Origin: Candidatus Woesearchaeota archaeon
Lineage (GTDB): Archaea; Nanobdellota; Nanobdellia; Pacearchaeales; GW2011-AR1
Length of the DNA stretch: 35,852 nt
Assembly (NCBI GenBank): GCA_964592915.1
Contig: CAZQGH010000003.1
Location: 1,629 to 37,480, forward strand
Reading direction: 5' to 3'
Positions 26,902-35,852 of the stretch are shown here, piece after piece (position 1 is the stretch's first letter; each line of letters starts with the position of its first letter). The position numbers and the translations under genes are program-made. The notes under the pieces were generated by a model that made no database searches, had not been told where the DNA came from, and saw only the letters and a program-made list of their open reading frames with translations.

Positions 26902-27306
26902 AAGAAAAGTTGCTATTCTCCTGTTATATGATAAAAATAAAATAATAATGCAGGACAGAAAAGAGATTAGCAAGTGGGGAGAAGAGTATGCTTTTTTCGG
27001 CGGAGCAATAGAGAAAAATGAAACTCCACAACAAGCATTAAAAAGAGAAATTAAAGAAGAGCTAAATCTAAATGTTGATGAATTAAAAAATTTGGAATTT
27101 TTTAAGCATTATAAAGATGTAATTGAAAAAATAAAAGATTTGTTTTTCTTGCAAACATGCCTGATGTTAAAAAAATCAAAGTTAGTGAGGGAAAAATATT
27201 TATAACTAATTTTGATGAAGCTGTGAAATTAAAAAATATGGTTCCTGGAGATGATAGAATAATAAAAGAAATTTATGAATACTTATTAAATAAAAAATCA
27301 ATCTAG
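26894..27306 (+). pseudogene. NUDIX hydrolase with a -1 frameshift near 27127-27140
   Basis: Nudix box GGAIEKNETPQQALKREIKEELNL; a protein-like C-terminus FVFLANMPD...EGK...MVPGDDRIIKEI continues in the -1 frame to TAG 27306. Confidence 0.78.
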
Positions 27307-28212
27307 TGTCTTAGTTGATTCTGTTTGATTTACACGCCAACCATCTGAATATGATTGTTTCCTGAATTTCAGCTCATAAAAAGCTTTTAAGTAAATATAT
27401 AATCTTAATGGGTAAGCTAAAAAAGTGTAAAAAAATTCTCTTAGATTTCTTGGGTATGTTAATGCGAAAAAAAATCCGTGCTTTATTTCATTAGCAAGAG
27501 ATTTTGTTCTCGGCATGCCTGGAGCAAGGTTATTAAGATTTTCATGAGCTTTTATATTTCTTATTTTTTGAGTCAGATAATCTTTTAAATTTCCGGGATT
27601 TTTAACATAAACTTTTGCATCAACATAGTCTATTTTATAACCTTTTTCCCAGAATAAGTAAGGAATTATAGAATCTTCTGAAGTTTCCAATGGAAATCCT
27701 TCTAAAACGCCATTTCTTATAGCAAACAAATAACCAGATAGTTCAAAAAATTTATTTTGTTTTGATAATTTTTTTCTTACATTATGAATTCCCTCAAATG
27801 CTAAGTGACTTAAATAACCAAAAAAAGTTTTTTTTGAATCTAATGGAACGGGTTTGCCAGTAGCACATCCGACTTTTTTATTTTTAAATGCATTTAAAAT
27901 TTTATTTACAGAGTTTTTGCCAACAAAAACATCTCCATCTGTAGAAATTATTATATCATCTGGCTTACTCCAAATTTGCTCGAATAATATGTTTAAAGCA
28001 TAACTTTTCCCTTCACCAGGGTCAAAAAAAAATTCAATTAATTCGGATTTAAATTCTTTTTCAAATTCTTTTTTTAAGATTTCTTCAGTTTTTTCAAAAG
28101 GGTCGACAATAATTATTTTATAATCTGTTTTAATATCTTGCTGTAAAAATGCTTTTATTGCTCTGATTGTAGATTTCGGTTCTTTATAAGAAGTTATTAT
28201 AATGTGTAGCAT
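27298..28212 (-). CDS. GT2 glycosyltransferase, paralog of 24453-25340
   Basis: GKSYALN, TDGDVFVGKNSVN, SED, QKIRN. Confidence 0.9.
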   Translation of the reverse strand: MLHIIITSYKEPKSTIRAIKAFLQQDIKTDYKIIIVDPFEKTEEILKKEFEKEFKSELIEFFFDPGEGKSYALNILFEQIWSKPDDIIISTDGDVFVGKNSVNKILNAFKNKKVGCATGKPVPLDSKKTFFGYLSHLAFEGIHNVRKKLSKQNKFFELSGYLFAIRNGVLEGFPLETSEDSIIPYLFWEKGYKIDYVDAKVYVKNPGNLKDYLTQKIRNIKAHENLNNLAPGMPRTKSLANEIKHGFFFALTYPRNLREFFYTFLAYPLRLYIYLKAFYELKFRKQSYSDGWRVNQTESTKTLD

Positions 28213-28213
28213 T

Positions 28214-28414
28214 TTATTTCACTTCAACTGGCTGCTTTGCAAGTCTTATTACTGTTTTTTTTTCTCCTTGCTCATCTATAGCTTCAATTCTTGCCTTAGT
28301 TCTGCCTTGTTTTACTCCTTTTTCACTGACTTCAACATTTTCTACTACAAGAGTTTTGCCAAACATGACAATTTTATCTCCTTTATTTAATTCGCCAAAT
28401 TGTTTTCTAACCAT
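28214..28414 (-). CDS. Single-domain IF5A/EF-P N-terminal (SH3/KOW-like) protein
   Basis: GELNKGDKIV...VEVSEKGVKQGRTKARIEAID...GEKK...PVEV parallels the aIF5A N-domain; no C-terminal OB domain. Confidence 0.72.
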   Translation of the reverse strand: MVRKQFGELNKGDKIVMFGKTLVVENVEVSEKGVKQGRTKARIEAIDEQGEKKTVIRLAKQPVEVK

Positions 28415-28482
28415 AACAGATTGATAAGAAAAATATATATAAAGCTTTTTATATGGATTGAAATGAGATTAATAAACCTAAA

Positions 28483-29157
28483 ATGAAAACAAGTATTGTT
28501 CTTGCATCAGGAGGATTAGATTCAAGCGTATTAGTTTATTATTTGAAAAATAAAGGACTAAAAACTAAACTTTTATTTTTTAATTATAATCAGAAATCAT
28601 TAAAACAAGAATTATTTTGTGTTAAAAATTTAGCAAAAAATACAAATTCAGAATTAAAGATTATAAATTTAGATTGGTTGGGGGAAATAAGCACGAGCTT
28701 CATCAATCAGAATAAAAGCAAAAAAGATGAGATAATTAACTGGTATGTTCCTTGCAGAAATTCTATATTTATCTTAGCTGGATTAGCACATGCAGAATCT
28801 GAGTTTATTGAAACTGGAGAAAAACAAGATGTTTATATTGGAATAAAATATGAAGGAGAATTGCAGTTCAAAGATACAACTCCTGCATTTTTAAAATCAG
28901 TTAATAATTTATCTAAAAAATCAGTACAAAAAGGTGATTTTAAGATTCTTGCTCCTTTTATTGATAAAGATAAAGAAGATATTATTGAGTTAGGAAGGAA
29001 ATTAAATGTAAATTTTAATGAAACATGCAGTTGCTATGTAAATGAAGAAATAAAAAATAAAAAGCCAGTTCATTGCGGTAAATGTTCAGGATGCAAAGCA
29101 AGAAAAAAAGGTTTTAGATTTTCTAATGTAAAAGATAAAACTTTATACCAAAATTAG
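28483..29157 (+). CDS. queC: QueC-family PP-loop ATPase (7-cyano-7-deazaguanine synthase-like)
   Basis: SGGLDS, FNYNQ, YVPCRNSIF, SCY...HCGKCSGCKAR; FKDT replaces the usual YPDC. Confidence 0.85.
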   Translation: MKTSIVLASGGLDSSVLVYYLKNKGLKTKLLFFNYNQKSLKQELFCVKNLAKNTNSELKIINLDWLGEISTSFINQNKSKKDEIINWYVPCRNSIFILAGLAHAESEFIETGEKQDVYIGIKYEGELQFKDTTPAFLKSVNNLSKKSVQKGDFKILAPFIDKDKEDIIELGRKLNVNFNETCSCYVNEEIKNKKPVHCGKCSGCKARKKGFRFSNVKDKTLYQN

Positions 29158-29205
29158 AAATTCATAATCTTTAAAAATGAAGTAATTTATAACTATATAA
29201 ATAAA

Positions 29206-29343
29206 ATGGGAAAATTTTATTGCGAAAGTTGCGGTTATAAAGTAGATGCAAAATCTTCTCCTCCAAAAAACTGCCCTTATTGCGGAAAAGAAGATTTGAA
29301 AAAAGAAAAATCTGCTGAAGAACTAGTTAATGAAACACAATGA
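29206..29343 (+). CDS. 45-aa Zn-ribbon/rubredoxin-like protein (not in ORF track)
   Basis: MGKFYCESCGYKVDAKSSPPKNCPYCGKEDLKKEKSAEELVNETQ; two CxxCG; ends 7 nt before aglB. Confidence 0.82.
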   Translation: MGKFYCESCGYKVDAKSSPPKNCPYCGKEDLKKEKSAEELVNETQ

Positions 29344-29350
29344 TTAAAAA

Positions 29351-32101
29351 ATGGAAAATAAAGAAGAAAGCTTAGATTCAGGTAGGGAAAAAACTGAAGA
29401 AGATATTTTAAAAGAAAGAAAAGAAAAACTTTTAGAGTTTATTAAAACCAAAACAGAATGGATTTATTATGCTGTTTTAGCTGTTATTGTATGGTTGAAC
29501 TGGAAATTAAGAACAATTCCTGTTCCTAAATTAATAGATGTAACTACAGGAGAATATACAATCGGGCCGGATTTAGACCCTTTTTTATTTTTAAGATATG
29601 CCAAGTTTATTGTTGAAAATGGTTATTTAATGGCAAATGATGCAATGAGATATGTTCCTTTAGGATTTAATACTGCTATTGAAACCAGATTGCTTCCGTA
29701 TATGATGGCTTATTTTCATTATTTTCTATCATTTTTCAAAAATGTAAGTGTTGAATATTCTGCAATTATTTTTCCCGCATTCATGTCCATTTTTACAGCT
29801 ATATTTTTCTTTTTGTTTGTAAGAGAGGTTTTTGAATCTAAAGGAAAACATTTTTCAAACATAACAGCATTAATTGCAACGGCTTTTCTTGTAGTTATCC
29901 CTTCTTTACTAACTAGAACTATTGCTGGAATTCCTGAAAAAGAATCAGTAGGTTTCATGCTTTTAATTATGAGCTTTTACTTTTTCGTTTTAACTTTCAA
30001 AACAAGCAAGTTTAGAAATGCAATAATTTTTGGTGTTTTAGCTGGCGTTGCAACTGGCGCATTAGGATTAGTATGGGGAGGAGTTATTTATGCTTTTACA
30101 ACAATTTCAATAGCAGCATTTTTAGGATTTGTCCTCAATAAGTTTGATAAAAACAAATTTTTTGGATATTTTTCCTGGTTTATTGTGTTTATTTTTGTAT
30201 TAACTTTTTTCACAAACAGATATTCTATAATTAATCTTGCTACTTCAACATCAAGTGGGCTAAGTTTTGTTGTTATGGGAATTCTTTTTGTTGATTTCGT
30301 TTTGTTTAAACCAAAAATTAAGGAATCACATTTTGTTCAAAAATTGAAAAATAAGAAATTGCCTGACAGATTTATTTCAATATTACTAGCTGCGGTATTT
30401 ATATTGCTAATAGCAATAATTTGGTTTGGTCCCGGATTTTTGTTTAATTTTATTGGTGACATTGTTGAAAGTTTAACAACTCCTTATACAGACAGATTAA
30501 GTTTTACAATTGCTGAAAACAGGCAGCCGTTTTTCGCTGGAGAGTGGAGAAACAGTTTTGGTCCTATATTTAATGGGATTCCTTTATTTTTCTGGTTATT
30601 TTTTATTGGGAGCATATTATTATTTGATGAGATGATTAAAAAAATTGAAAAAAATAAAAGATTGATTTTATTGCTTTCATATATTATATTTATTTTTGCT
30701 TTAGTATTTAGCAAATATTCTGCTACCAGTGTGTTAGATGGAAATACTTTTATTAGCAAAGTTATGTATTTTGGAGGTATTGCAGTATTGTTAGTTTCTG
30801 GGGCATATGTTTATTATGGTTTTGCTAAAGAAAATAAATTAAATGAATTTAGAAAAATAAATTTTGGTTATTTGTTTATAATTTCTTATTTTGTTATTAG
30901 TTTGTTAGCTGCAAGAAGTGCAGTCAGATTAATTATGGGTTTAGTTCCTGCTTCATCAGCTATTGTTGGATATTTTTCTGTTGCAATTGTTGACAAAGCA
31001 AGAAAAAATAAAGATGATTTAATGAAACTGATTACAATTGGCATAGCAATAATAGTGGTGATTGCAACTTTGTATTCGCTAAACATCTACTACCAGTCGT
31101 CACAAAACACTGCTCAGGGATATGTTCCTGATAGATACAGAGTTCAGTGGCAGCAGGCAATGGGATGGGTTAGAGAAAACACTCCTGAAGATGCTGTATT
31201 TTCTCACTGGTGGGATTATGGTTACTGGGTTCAGACAATGGGTGAAAGAGCTACTGTTTTAGACGGAGGAAATGCAATAGCTTACTGGGATTATTTAATG
31301 GGCAGACATGTTTTAACCGCTGAAACTGAAAGAGAAGCACTCGAGTTCATGTATACCTATGATTCAGAGTATTTATTAATTGATTCTACTGAAATTGGAA
31401 AATACGGAGCTTATTCCAGTATTGGTTCTGATGAAAATTACGACAGATACAGCTGGATTTCAAGTTATGTTTTAAATGAACAAGCCACTCAAGAGCAGAG
31501 AAATGAGACATTTTATTTTTATCAGGGAGGAACAGCATTAGATGAGGACTATGTTCATCAGGAAAATGGTAACCAAATATTATTCCCAGCTAGAAGAGCA
31601 GGAGTAGGAGCTTTAGTATTGAAAATCAAAAAAGATGGAACATTTAATCAGCCTTCTATGATTCTTGTTTATCAAAATCAACAAGCTGAACTTCCTTTAA
31701 GATACTTATATTATAATGAAAGTTTAATTGATTTTGGTTCTGGATACGAAGGAACATTATATATTATCCCAAGGATAATACAAAGTAATGAGGGAATAAG
31801 ATTAAATGAATTAGGTTCAGCATTGTTTTTAAGTGAGAGAAATGTAAGGGCTTTATGGGTGCAGTTATATTTATTAGGGCAAGGAGAAGATTTTGAATTA
31901 GTTCACAACGAACCTAGTTTGTTAATTTCAAATTTAAGAAGTCAGGGATTGGTTGTTGGAGATTTTGCTTATTTTAATGGGAATATTGAAGGTCCGATAA
32001 AAATTTGGAAAGCTGAAATTCCAGAAGACATTGAAAAGAATCCTCAATACCTTGAAAGACAATATCCTAAACAAGAACTTGCTGAAGCAACTTTAAGATA
32101 A
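29351..32101 (+). CDS. aglB: Oligosaccharyltransferase AglB (STT3)
   Basis: DLDP, TIAE, WWDYG, DSTEIGK; multi-TM N-terminal and soluble C-terminal domains. Confidence 0.97.
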   Translation: MENKEESLDSGREKTEEDILKERKEKLLEFIKTKTEWIYYAVLAVIVWLNWKLRTIPVPKLIDVTTGEYTIGPDLDPFLFLRYAKFIVENGYLMANDAMRYVPLGFNTAIETRLLPYMMAYFHYFLSFFKNVSVEYSAIIFPAFMSIFTAIFFFLFVREVFESKGKHFSNITALIATAFLVVIPSLLTRTIAGIPEKESVGFMLLIMSFYFFVLTFKTSKFRNAIIFGVLAGVATGALGLVWGGVIYAFTTISIAAFLGFVLNKFDKNKFFGYFSWFIVFIFVLTFFTNRYSIINLATSTSSGLSFVVMGILFVDFVLFKPKIKESHFVQKLKNKKLPDRFISILLAAVFILLIAIIWFGPGFLFNFIGDIVESLTTPYTDRLSFTIAENRQPFFAGEWRNSFGPIFNGIPLFFWLFFIGSILLFDEMIKKIEKNKRLILLLSYIIFIFALVFSKYSATSVLDGNTFISKVMYFGGIAVLLVSGAYVYYGFAKENKLNEFRKINFGYLFIISYFVISLLAARSAVRLIMGLVPASSAIVGYFSVAIVDKARKNKDDLMKLITIGIAIIVVIATLYSLNIYYQSSQNTAQGYVPDRYRVQWQQAMGWVRENTPEDAVFSHWWDYGYWVQTMGERATVLDGGNAIAYWDYLMGRHVLTAETEREALEFMYTYDSEYLLIDSTEIGKYGAYSSIGSDENYDRYSWISSYVLNEQATQEQRNETFYFYQGGTALDEDYVHQENGNQILFPARRAGVGALVLKIKKDGTFNQPSMILVYQNQQAELPLRYLYYNESLIDFGSGYEGTLYIIPRIIQSNEGIRLNELGSALFLSERNVRALWVQLYLLGQGEDFELVHNEPSLLISNLRSQGLVVGDFAYFNGNIEGPIKIWKAEIPEDIEKNPQYLERQYPKQELAEATLR

Positions 32102-32102
32102 A

Positions 32103-33110
32103 ATGTTTATTTTTTTGATATCGCTATTTTTAGGTTTTTTTATAACTTTAAGTATACTGCCTAACTGGATTAAAAAAGCGAAATCTATTGATTTAATGTG
32201 GAAAGATATGAACAAGTTTCAGATTAGAAAAGTTGCAGGTTCAGGAGGTATCGCAGTAATTGCAGGATTTATTACTGGGGTGTTTTATTACATAGCTGTA
32301 AATACTTTTTATTTTCAAACACAGGAAAACTTTATTGAAATTTTTGCATTAACTTCTTCTCTTTTGATTGTTTTTTGCATAGGAATAGTAGATGATTTGT
32401 TGGGCTGGAGAAAAGGCGGATTAAGAAAAAGAATTAGAATGTTATTGATTTTAATAGCTGCAATTCCTTTGATTGTTATCAATGCTGGACAACACACTAT
32501 TTCAATACCTTTTTTAGGAAGTGCTGATTTGGGATTATTTTATCCTCTTTTTATTATCCCCATAGGGATTTTAGGAGCAACTGCTACTTTTAACTTTTTA
32601 GCGGGTTTTAATGGTTTAGAAGCCGGGCAGGGAATTATTGTTTTATCGGCATTGGCAATTGTCTCTTATTATACAAACTCAGCATGGTTGACTGTATTAG
32701 GATTGATTATGGTTTTTTGTTTAATTGCTTTTTTGATTTATAATAAATTCCCCTCTAAAATATTCCCTGGAGACTCTTTAACTTATCCTGTTGGAGCATT
32801 AATCGCTATAATGGCTGTATTGGGAAATTATGAGAGAATTGCAGTTTTCTTTTTTATTCCTTATATTATTGAAGTTGTTTTAAAATCTCGGGGCAAATTG
32901 ATAAAGCAGAGTTTTGGGAAACCCTTAGAGGATAATTCATTAGATTTGGCTTATGAAAAAATATACGGATTGGAACATTTTTTTATTATGCTTTATCAAA
33001 AATTAGGGGTAAAACCAACTGAAAGAAAAATTGTTTTGGGAATACACTTGTTTCAGATGATAATAATCATTTTAGGTTTTATTCTATTCAGAGAGCATAT
33101 TTTTATCTAA
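32103..33110 (+). CDS. aglH: UDP-GlcNAc:dolichyl-phosphate GlcNAc-1-P transferase (AglH/MraY-like)
   Basis: GGIAV, GIVDD, NFLAGFNGLEAG, IFPGDS. Confidence 0.88.
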   Translation: MFIFLISLFLGFFITLSILPNWIKKAKSIDLMWKDMNKFQIRKVAGSGGIAVIAGFITGVFYYIAVNTFYFQTQENFIEIFALTSSLLIVFCIGIVDDLLGWRKGGLRKRIRMLLILIAAIPLIVINAGQHTISIPFLGSADLGLFYPLFIIPIGILGATATFNFLAGFNGLEAGQGIIVLSALAIVSYYTNSAWLTVLGLIMVFCLIAFLIYNKFPSKIFPGDSLTYPVGALIAIMAVLGNYERIAVFFFIPYIIEVVLKSRGKLIKQSFGKPLEDNSLDLAYEKIYGLEHFFIMLYQKLGVKPTERKIVLGIHLFQMIIIILGFILFREHIFI

Positions 33111-34567
33111 TTAATAAATTCGTATATTACTGTTGAAATCTGGTTATCTCTCTGGTAAAATTTTGCTAATTTCAAAGATTCATTATTTTGCTGTGGCCAG
33201 GAATAAACCCAATCAGGAGATTTTTCAAGCATTGTTATTATCATATATTTAGGATTATTTTCTCGTATTTCCTGCTCAAATTCTTCCTGATTTTCAGGAT
33301 AAGGCAGGGTTGATCTTTCAGAATAATATACATTTTGAGGAGTTCCTGAACTATAAACTACATCATCAGGAGCAGAGTTTTCTTTAATCCACTTACCAGC
33401 TTGTCTTAAATCTGTAAAACTTGTAGCTCTTGAACTAATAATTGAAGCTGAATGAGAAGTTAGAGTATAAAAACCTAGCAGTAAAATTACAGTTATGAAT
33501 ATAAGTGGAGCATTTGTATTATATTTTTTTATTGTGCCAGATATCTTAAACACTGCATTGCTTGCTAAGTAGAAAAAAGCAGGGAAAATCATAAATATAT
33601 ATCTATCTTCAAAATGATTAACAAAAAATCCAAAATAAATTAGAGGAATAACTAACCATAAAATCATTAAAAAATTTCTTTTTATTGATTTATCTTTTTT
33701 TAACATGTCTAAACCGAGTAAAAAAGTTAAAGCATATATCAATCCTACTATGAATAACCCAAATAAAATCCACCCTGCGTAATTTGGCAGATAAGTTATG
33801 TATTGCATAAAAACTCCAAATCTTCCAACTTCAGGAGCACTTAATGAACCTGTTCCTCCCACTATTACTGCGTGTAATGGATGGCCATATTCAAAATAGC
33901 TCCATAAAAGGTATGGTAAAGCAATTAAAAAACCTATAACTGCTGAAATATAATAATCTTTATTTTTCCACCATTTATTTTCTGTAAAAACAATATAAAT
34001 AAAAAGAATTGCAAAAAAGAAAAATGATGGAAATCTTAGCAGTGTCGCTAGCACTAACGACGGAATAAAAAACCAGGTAAGTTTCCTGTTTTTATGAAAG
34101 AAAAAATAAAATCCTAACAAACCCAAAAACATTGAAGGGACATCAACCATGATTCTAAAAGTATAAAACATTATTACATAAAAAAATGAAAAGAAAAATG
34201 AAGCTAATAAAGCTATTTTTTTGTTAAATATCTGCTTTCCAACTAAATAAACAAGCAATACTGAAGCTACAGAAAGTAATACTAATGAAAATCTGATAAA
34301 TCCTTCTCCTAATCCTAAAAAAAACGGAATTGACAATAAAACTGGAAACAAAATAGGTCTTCCTGCATACCATCCTTTTGCAGGAGTATTTAATGCAAAA
34401 CTTTTAGCTTTTAGCATATACTCAGCTTCATCCCACCATAATGGCTGAGATAAAGTAGAAGGTAGAAAATAAAACCTAACAACCAGTGACAAAACCAAAA
34501 TTGCAATTAGGGAAACTGTATAAGGATTTTTCAACCATTTAGAAACTTGCTCTTTTTCTAGACCCAT
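33107..34567 (-). CDS. GT-C fold membrane glycosyltransferase (ArnT/PMT-like)
   Basis: WWDEAEY, GRPILFP, DRYIF, many TMs. Confidence 0.86.
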   Translation of the reverse strand: MGLEKEQVSKWLKNPYTVSLIAILVLSLVVRFYFLPSTLSQPLWWDEAEYMLKAKSFALNTPAKGWYAGRPILFPVLLSIPFFLGLGEGFIRFSLVLLSVASVLLVYLVGKQIFNKKIALLASFFFSFFYVIMFYTFRIMVDVPSMFLGLLGFYFFFHKNRKLTWFFIPSLVLATLLRFPSFFFFAILFIYIVFTENKWWKNKDYYISAVIGFLIALPYLLWSYFEYGHPLHAVIVGGTGSLSAPEVGRFGVFMQYITYLPNYAGWILFGLFIVGLIYALTFLLGLDMLKKDKSIKRNFLMILWLVIPLIYFGFFVNHFEDRYIFMIFPAFFYLASNAVFKISGTIKKYNTNAPLIFITVILLLGFYTLTSHSASIISSRATSFTDLRQAGKWIKENSAPDDVVYSSGTPQNVYYSERSTLPYPENQEEFEQEIRENNPKYMIITMLEKSPDWVYSWPQQNNESLKLAKFYQRDNQISTVIYEFIN

Positions 34568-34611
34568 AAAAATGTATAATAAAGGGGGTTTTTATTCTTT
34601 TTTATTGATAC

Positions 34612-35742
34612 CTAATTAAATAATTTTTCTAATTTTGCAATAATATTGCTCCATTTGAATTTTTTAACTTCCTCTTTGGCTTTTTTCCGCATTTTTTCAA
34701 TTTTTTTAGTATTTTTTTTATCTAAACAAAATTTTAATTTGTTTTTTAGTTGTTCAGAGTTTCCAGTTTCAAATATAAAACCGGTTTCTCCATCACTTAC
34801 CAGCTCTTTCCCTCCTTTATTTGAAGAAGAAATAACTATTTTTGACAGTGACATAGCTTCTATAAGAGATTGGGGCATTCCTTCTCTTTTTGAGGGCAAA
34901 ACAAAAATATCTGAGTTATTCATTAAATTAATCTTTTTATCTAAATCAAAAACTGGAGGGAAAAATTTTATGTTTCCGTCTAAATTCAAATTTAATTTTT
35001 CTATCAATTTAGTTAAAGAAGCTCCGTATTGTTTTTCAATAGGGCCAACAAAATGCAGCTTAATATCTTTTTTTAGCTTTTTAAATGCTATAATCAGAGT
35101 TTCTAAATCTTTTACTGGAGAAACTCTTCCTAAAAACAGAATTCTTTCTGCTTTGAATTTTTTTGCTCTTTTTTTGAAAAATTTATCTGGAATACCATTT
35201 GGAATATATTTTATTTTTTCTTTTTTAACTCCTAATTTTTCCAAAAATTTATCTTCCCATTTCGTAATAGTGATTATATTGTCAAATTTATTGAGATTTC
35301 TTGAATATAAAAAATCATAAGATTTTGTTAAGAAAGATAATTTAAATCCTCTAACTTTTGGTTCAACAAAAGGGGCATGAGTTACTAAAAATACTTTAAC
35401 TTTTTTCATTTTTCTCAGTTTTGCAGCTATTTTTAATGCTTTATTCGTATGAGGATGCCTGTAAACATGTGCAATTATAATATCTGGAGAAAATTCTAAA
35501 GCTTGTTGTTCAAAATCCCAAAACAAAGCATTTTCTCCTATTCTTAATTTAACTGGAAATCTTACTATTTTTACTCCATTAATTTTTTCTTTGCTTCTCG
35601 CAATTTTATTAGTTCCCTTTACAATATTGGATGAAAAAACCCTTACTTCATGTTTTTTACTTAGCAAAAGAGATTCCTGCTTAACTCTTTGCCACACTCC
35701 GCAGATTCCAGCTGAAAATTCGCACAATTCAAGTATTTTCAT
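34612..35742 (-). CDS. GT4 glycosyltransferase
   Basis: IPNGI, FLGRVSPVKD, EGMPQSLIEAMS; ATG at 35742 (MKILEL). Confidence 0.92.
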   Translation of the reverse strand: MKILELCEFSAGICGVWQRVKQESLLLSKKHEVRVFSSNIVKGTNKIARSKEKINGVKIVRFPVKLRIGENALFWDFEQQALEFSPDIIIAHVYRHPHTNKALKIAAKLRKMKKVKVFLVTHAPFVEPKVRGFKLSFLTKSYDFLYSRNLNKFDNIITITKWEDKFLEKLGVKKEKIKYIPNGIPDKFFKKRAKKFKAERILFLGRVSPVKDLETLIIAFKKLKKDIKLHFVGPIEKQYGASLTKLIEKLNLNLDGNIKFFPPVFDLDKKINLMNNSDIFVLPSKREGMPQSLIEAMSLSKIVISSSNKGGKELVSDGETGFIFETGNSEQLKNKLKFCLDKKNTKKIEKMRKKAKEEVKKFKWSNIIAKLEKLFN

Positions 35743-35852
35743 TTTATACAAATTTGATGTTTTGCTTTTTTAAATTTGTGTGATTGAAAATTTCCTGTTT
35801 TCATTTTATACAAATTTGATGTTTTGCTTTTTTAAATTTGTGTGATTGAAAA
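35736..35852. repeat. Two exact 55-bp copies with 62-bp period at the window end
   Basis: 35736-35790 is identical to 35798-35852; the second copy ends at the last base. Confidence 0.92.

Noticed and set aside
34646-35320. 224-aa plus-strand ORF
   Set aside because: Fully antisense to a well-supported GT4 gene; no motifs.
35736-35852. CRISPR array
   Set aside because: Only two copies, 55 bp long, 7-nt spacer, overlapping a start codon; no cas genes.
1-35852. Stop-codon reassignment
   Set aside because: TAA, TAG and TGA all terminate conserved genes at expected positions.

Overview
AT-rich archaeal chromosomal segment, most consistent with a DPANN (Pacearchaeota/Woesearchaeota-like) genome; the taxon is inferred from ribosomal-protein content and style, not from a search. 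1-12777 is the large ribosomal-protein operon (uL4 partial through uL15 and secY). It lacks rnp1/Rpp29 and adk at their usual positions, carries two interlopers (a hairpin-rich insert between uL5 and uS14, an acidic orphan between uL30 and uL15), and has long Lys/Glu-rich tails on several proteins. 12853-16037 holds two tandem PH-domain membrane proteins, DUF106/EMC3, prefoldin alpha and a ribose-1,5-bisphosphate isomerase-like gene. 16205-17380 is a small repeat-bounded islet with an AbrB/MazF toxin-antitoxin pair and a Zn-ribbon gene. 17505-35742 is a surface/N-glycosylation cluster (flippase, GT2/GT4/GT9/GT-C enzymes, AglB, AglH). Embedded in it is an unexplained module: nucleoside 2-deoxyribosyltransferase-like gene, frameshifted NUDIX, a half-size IF5A-like gene coupled to a GT2, a divergent QueC and a small Zn-ribbon protein. 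The best novelty candidates are that module, the dispersed ATGCC-nested-hairpin elements and the cassette-like repeats in the islet. No tRNA, rRNA, CRISPR array, integrase or transposase was recognised.
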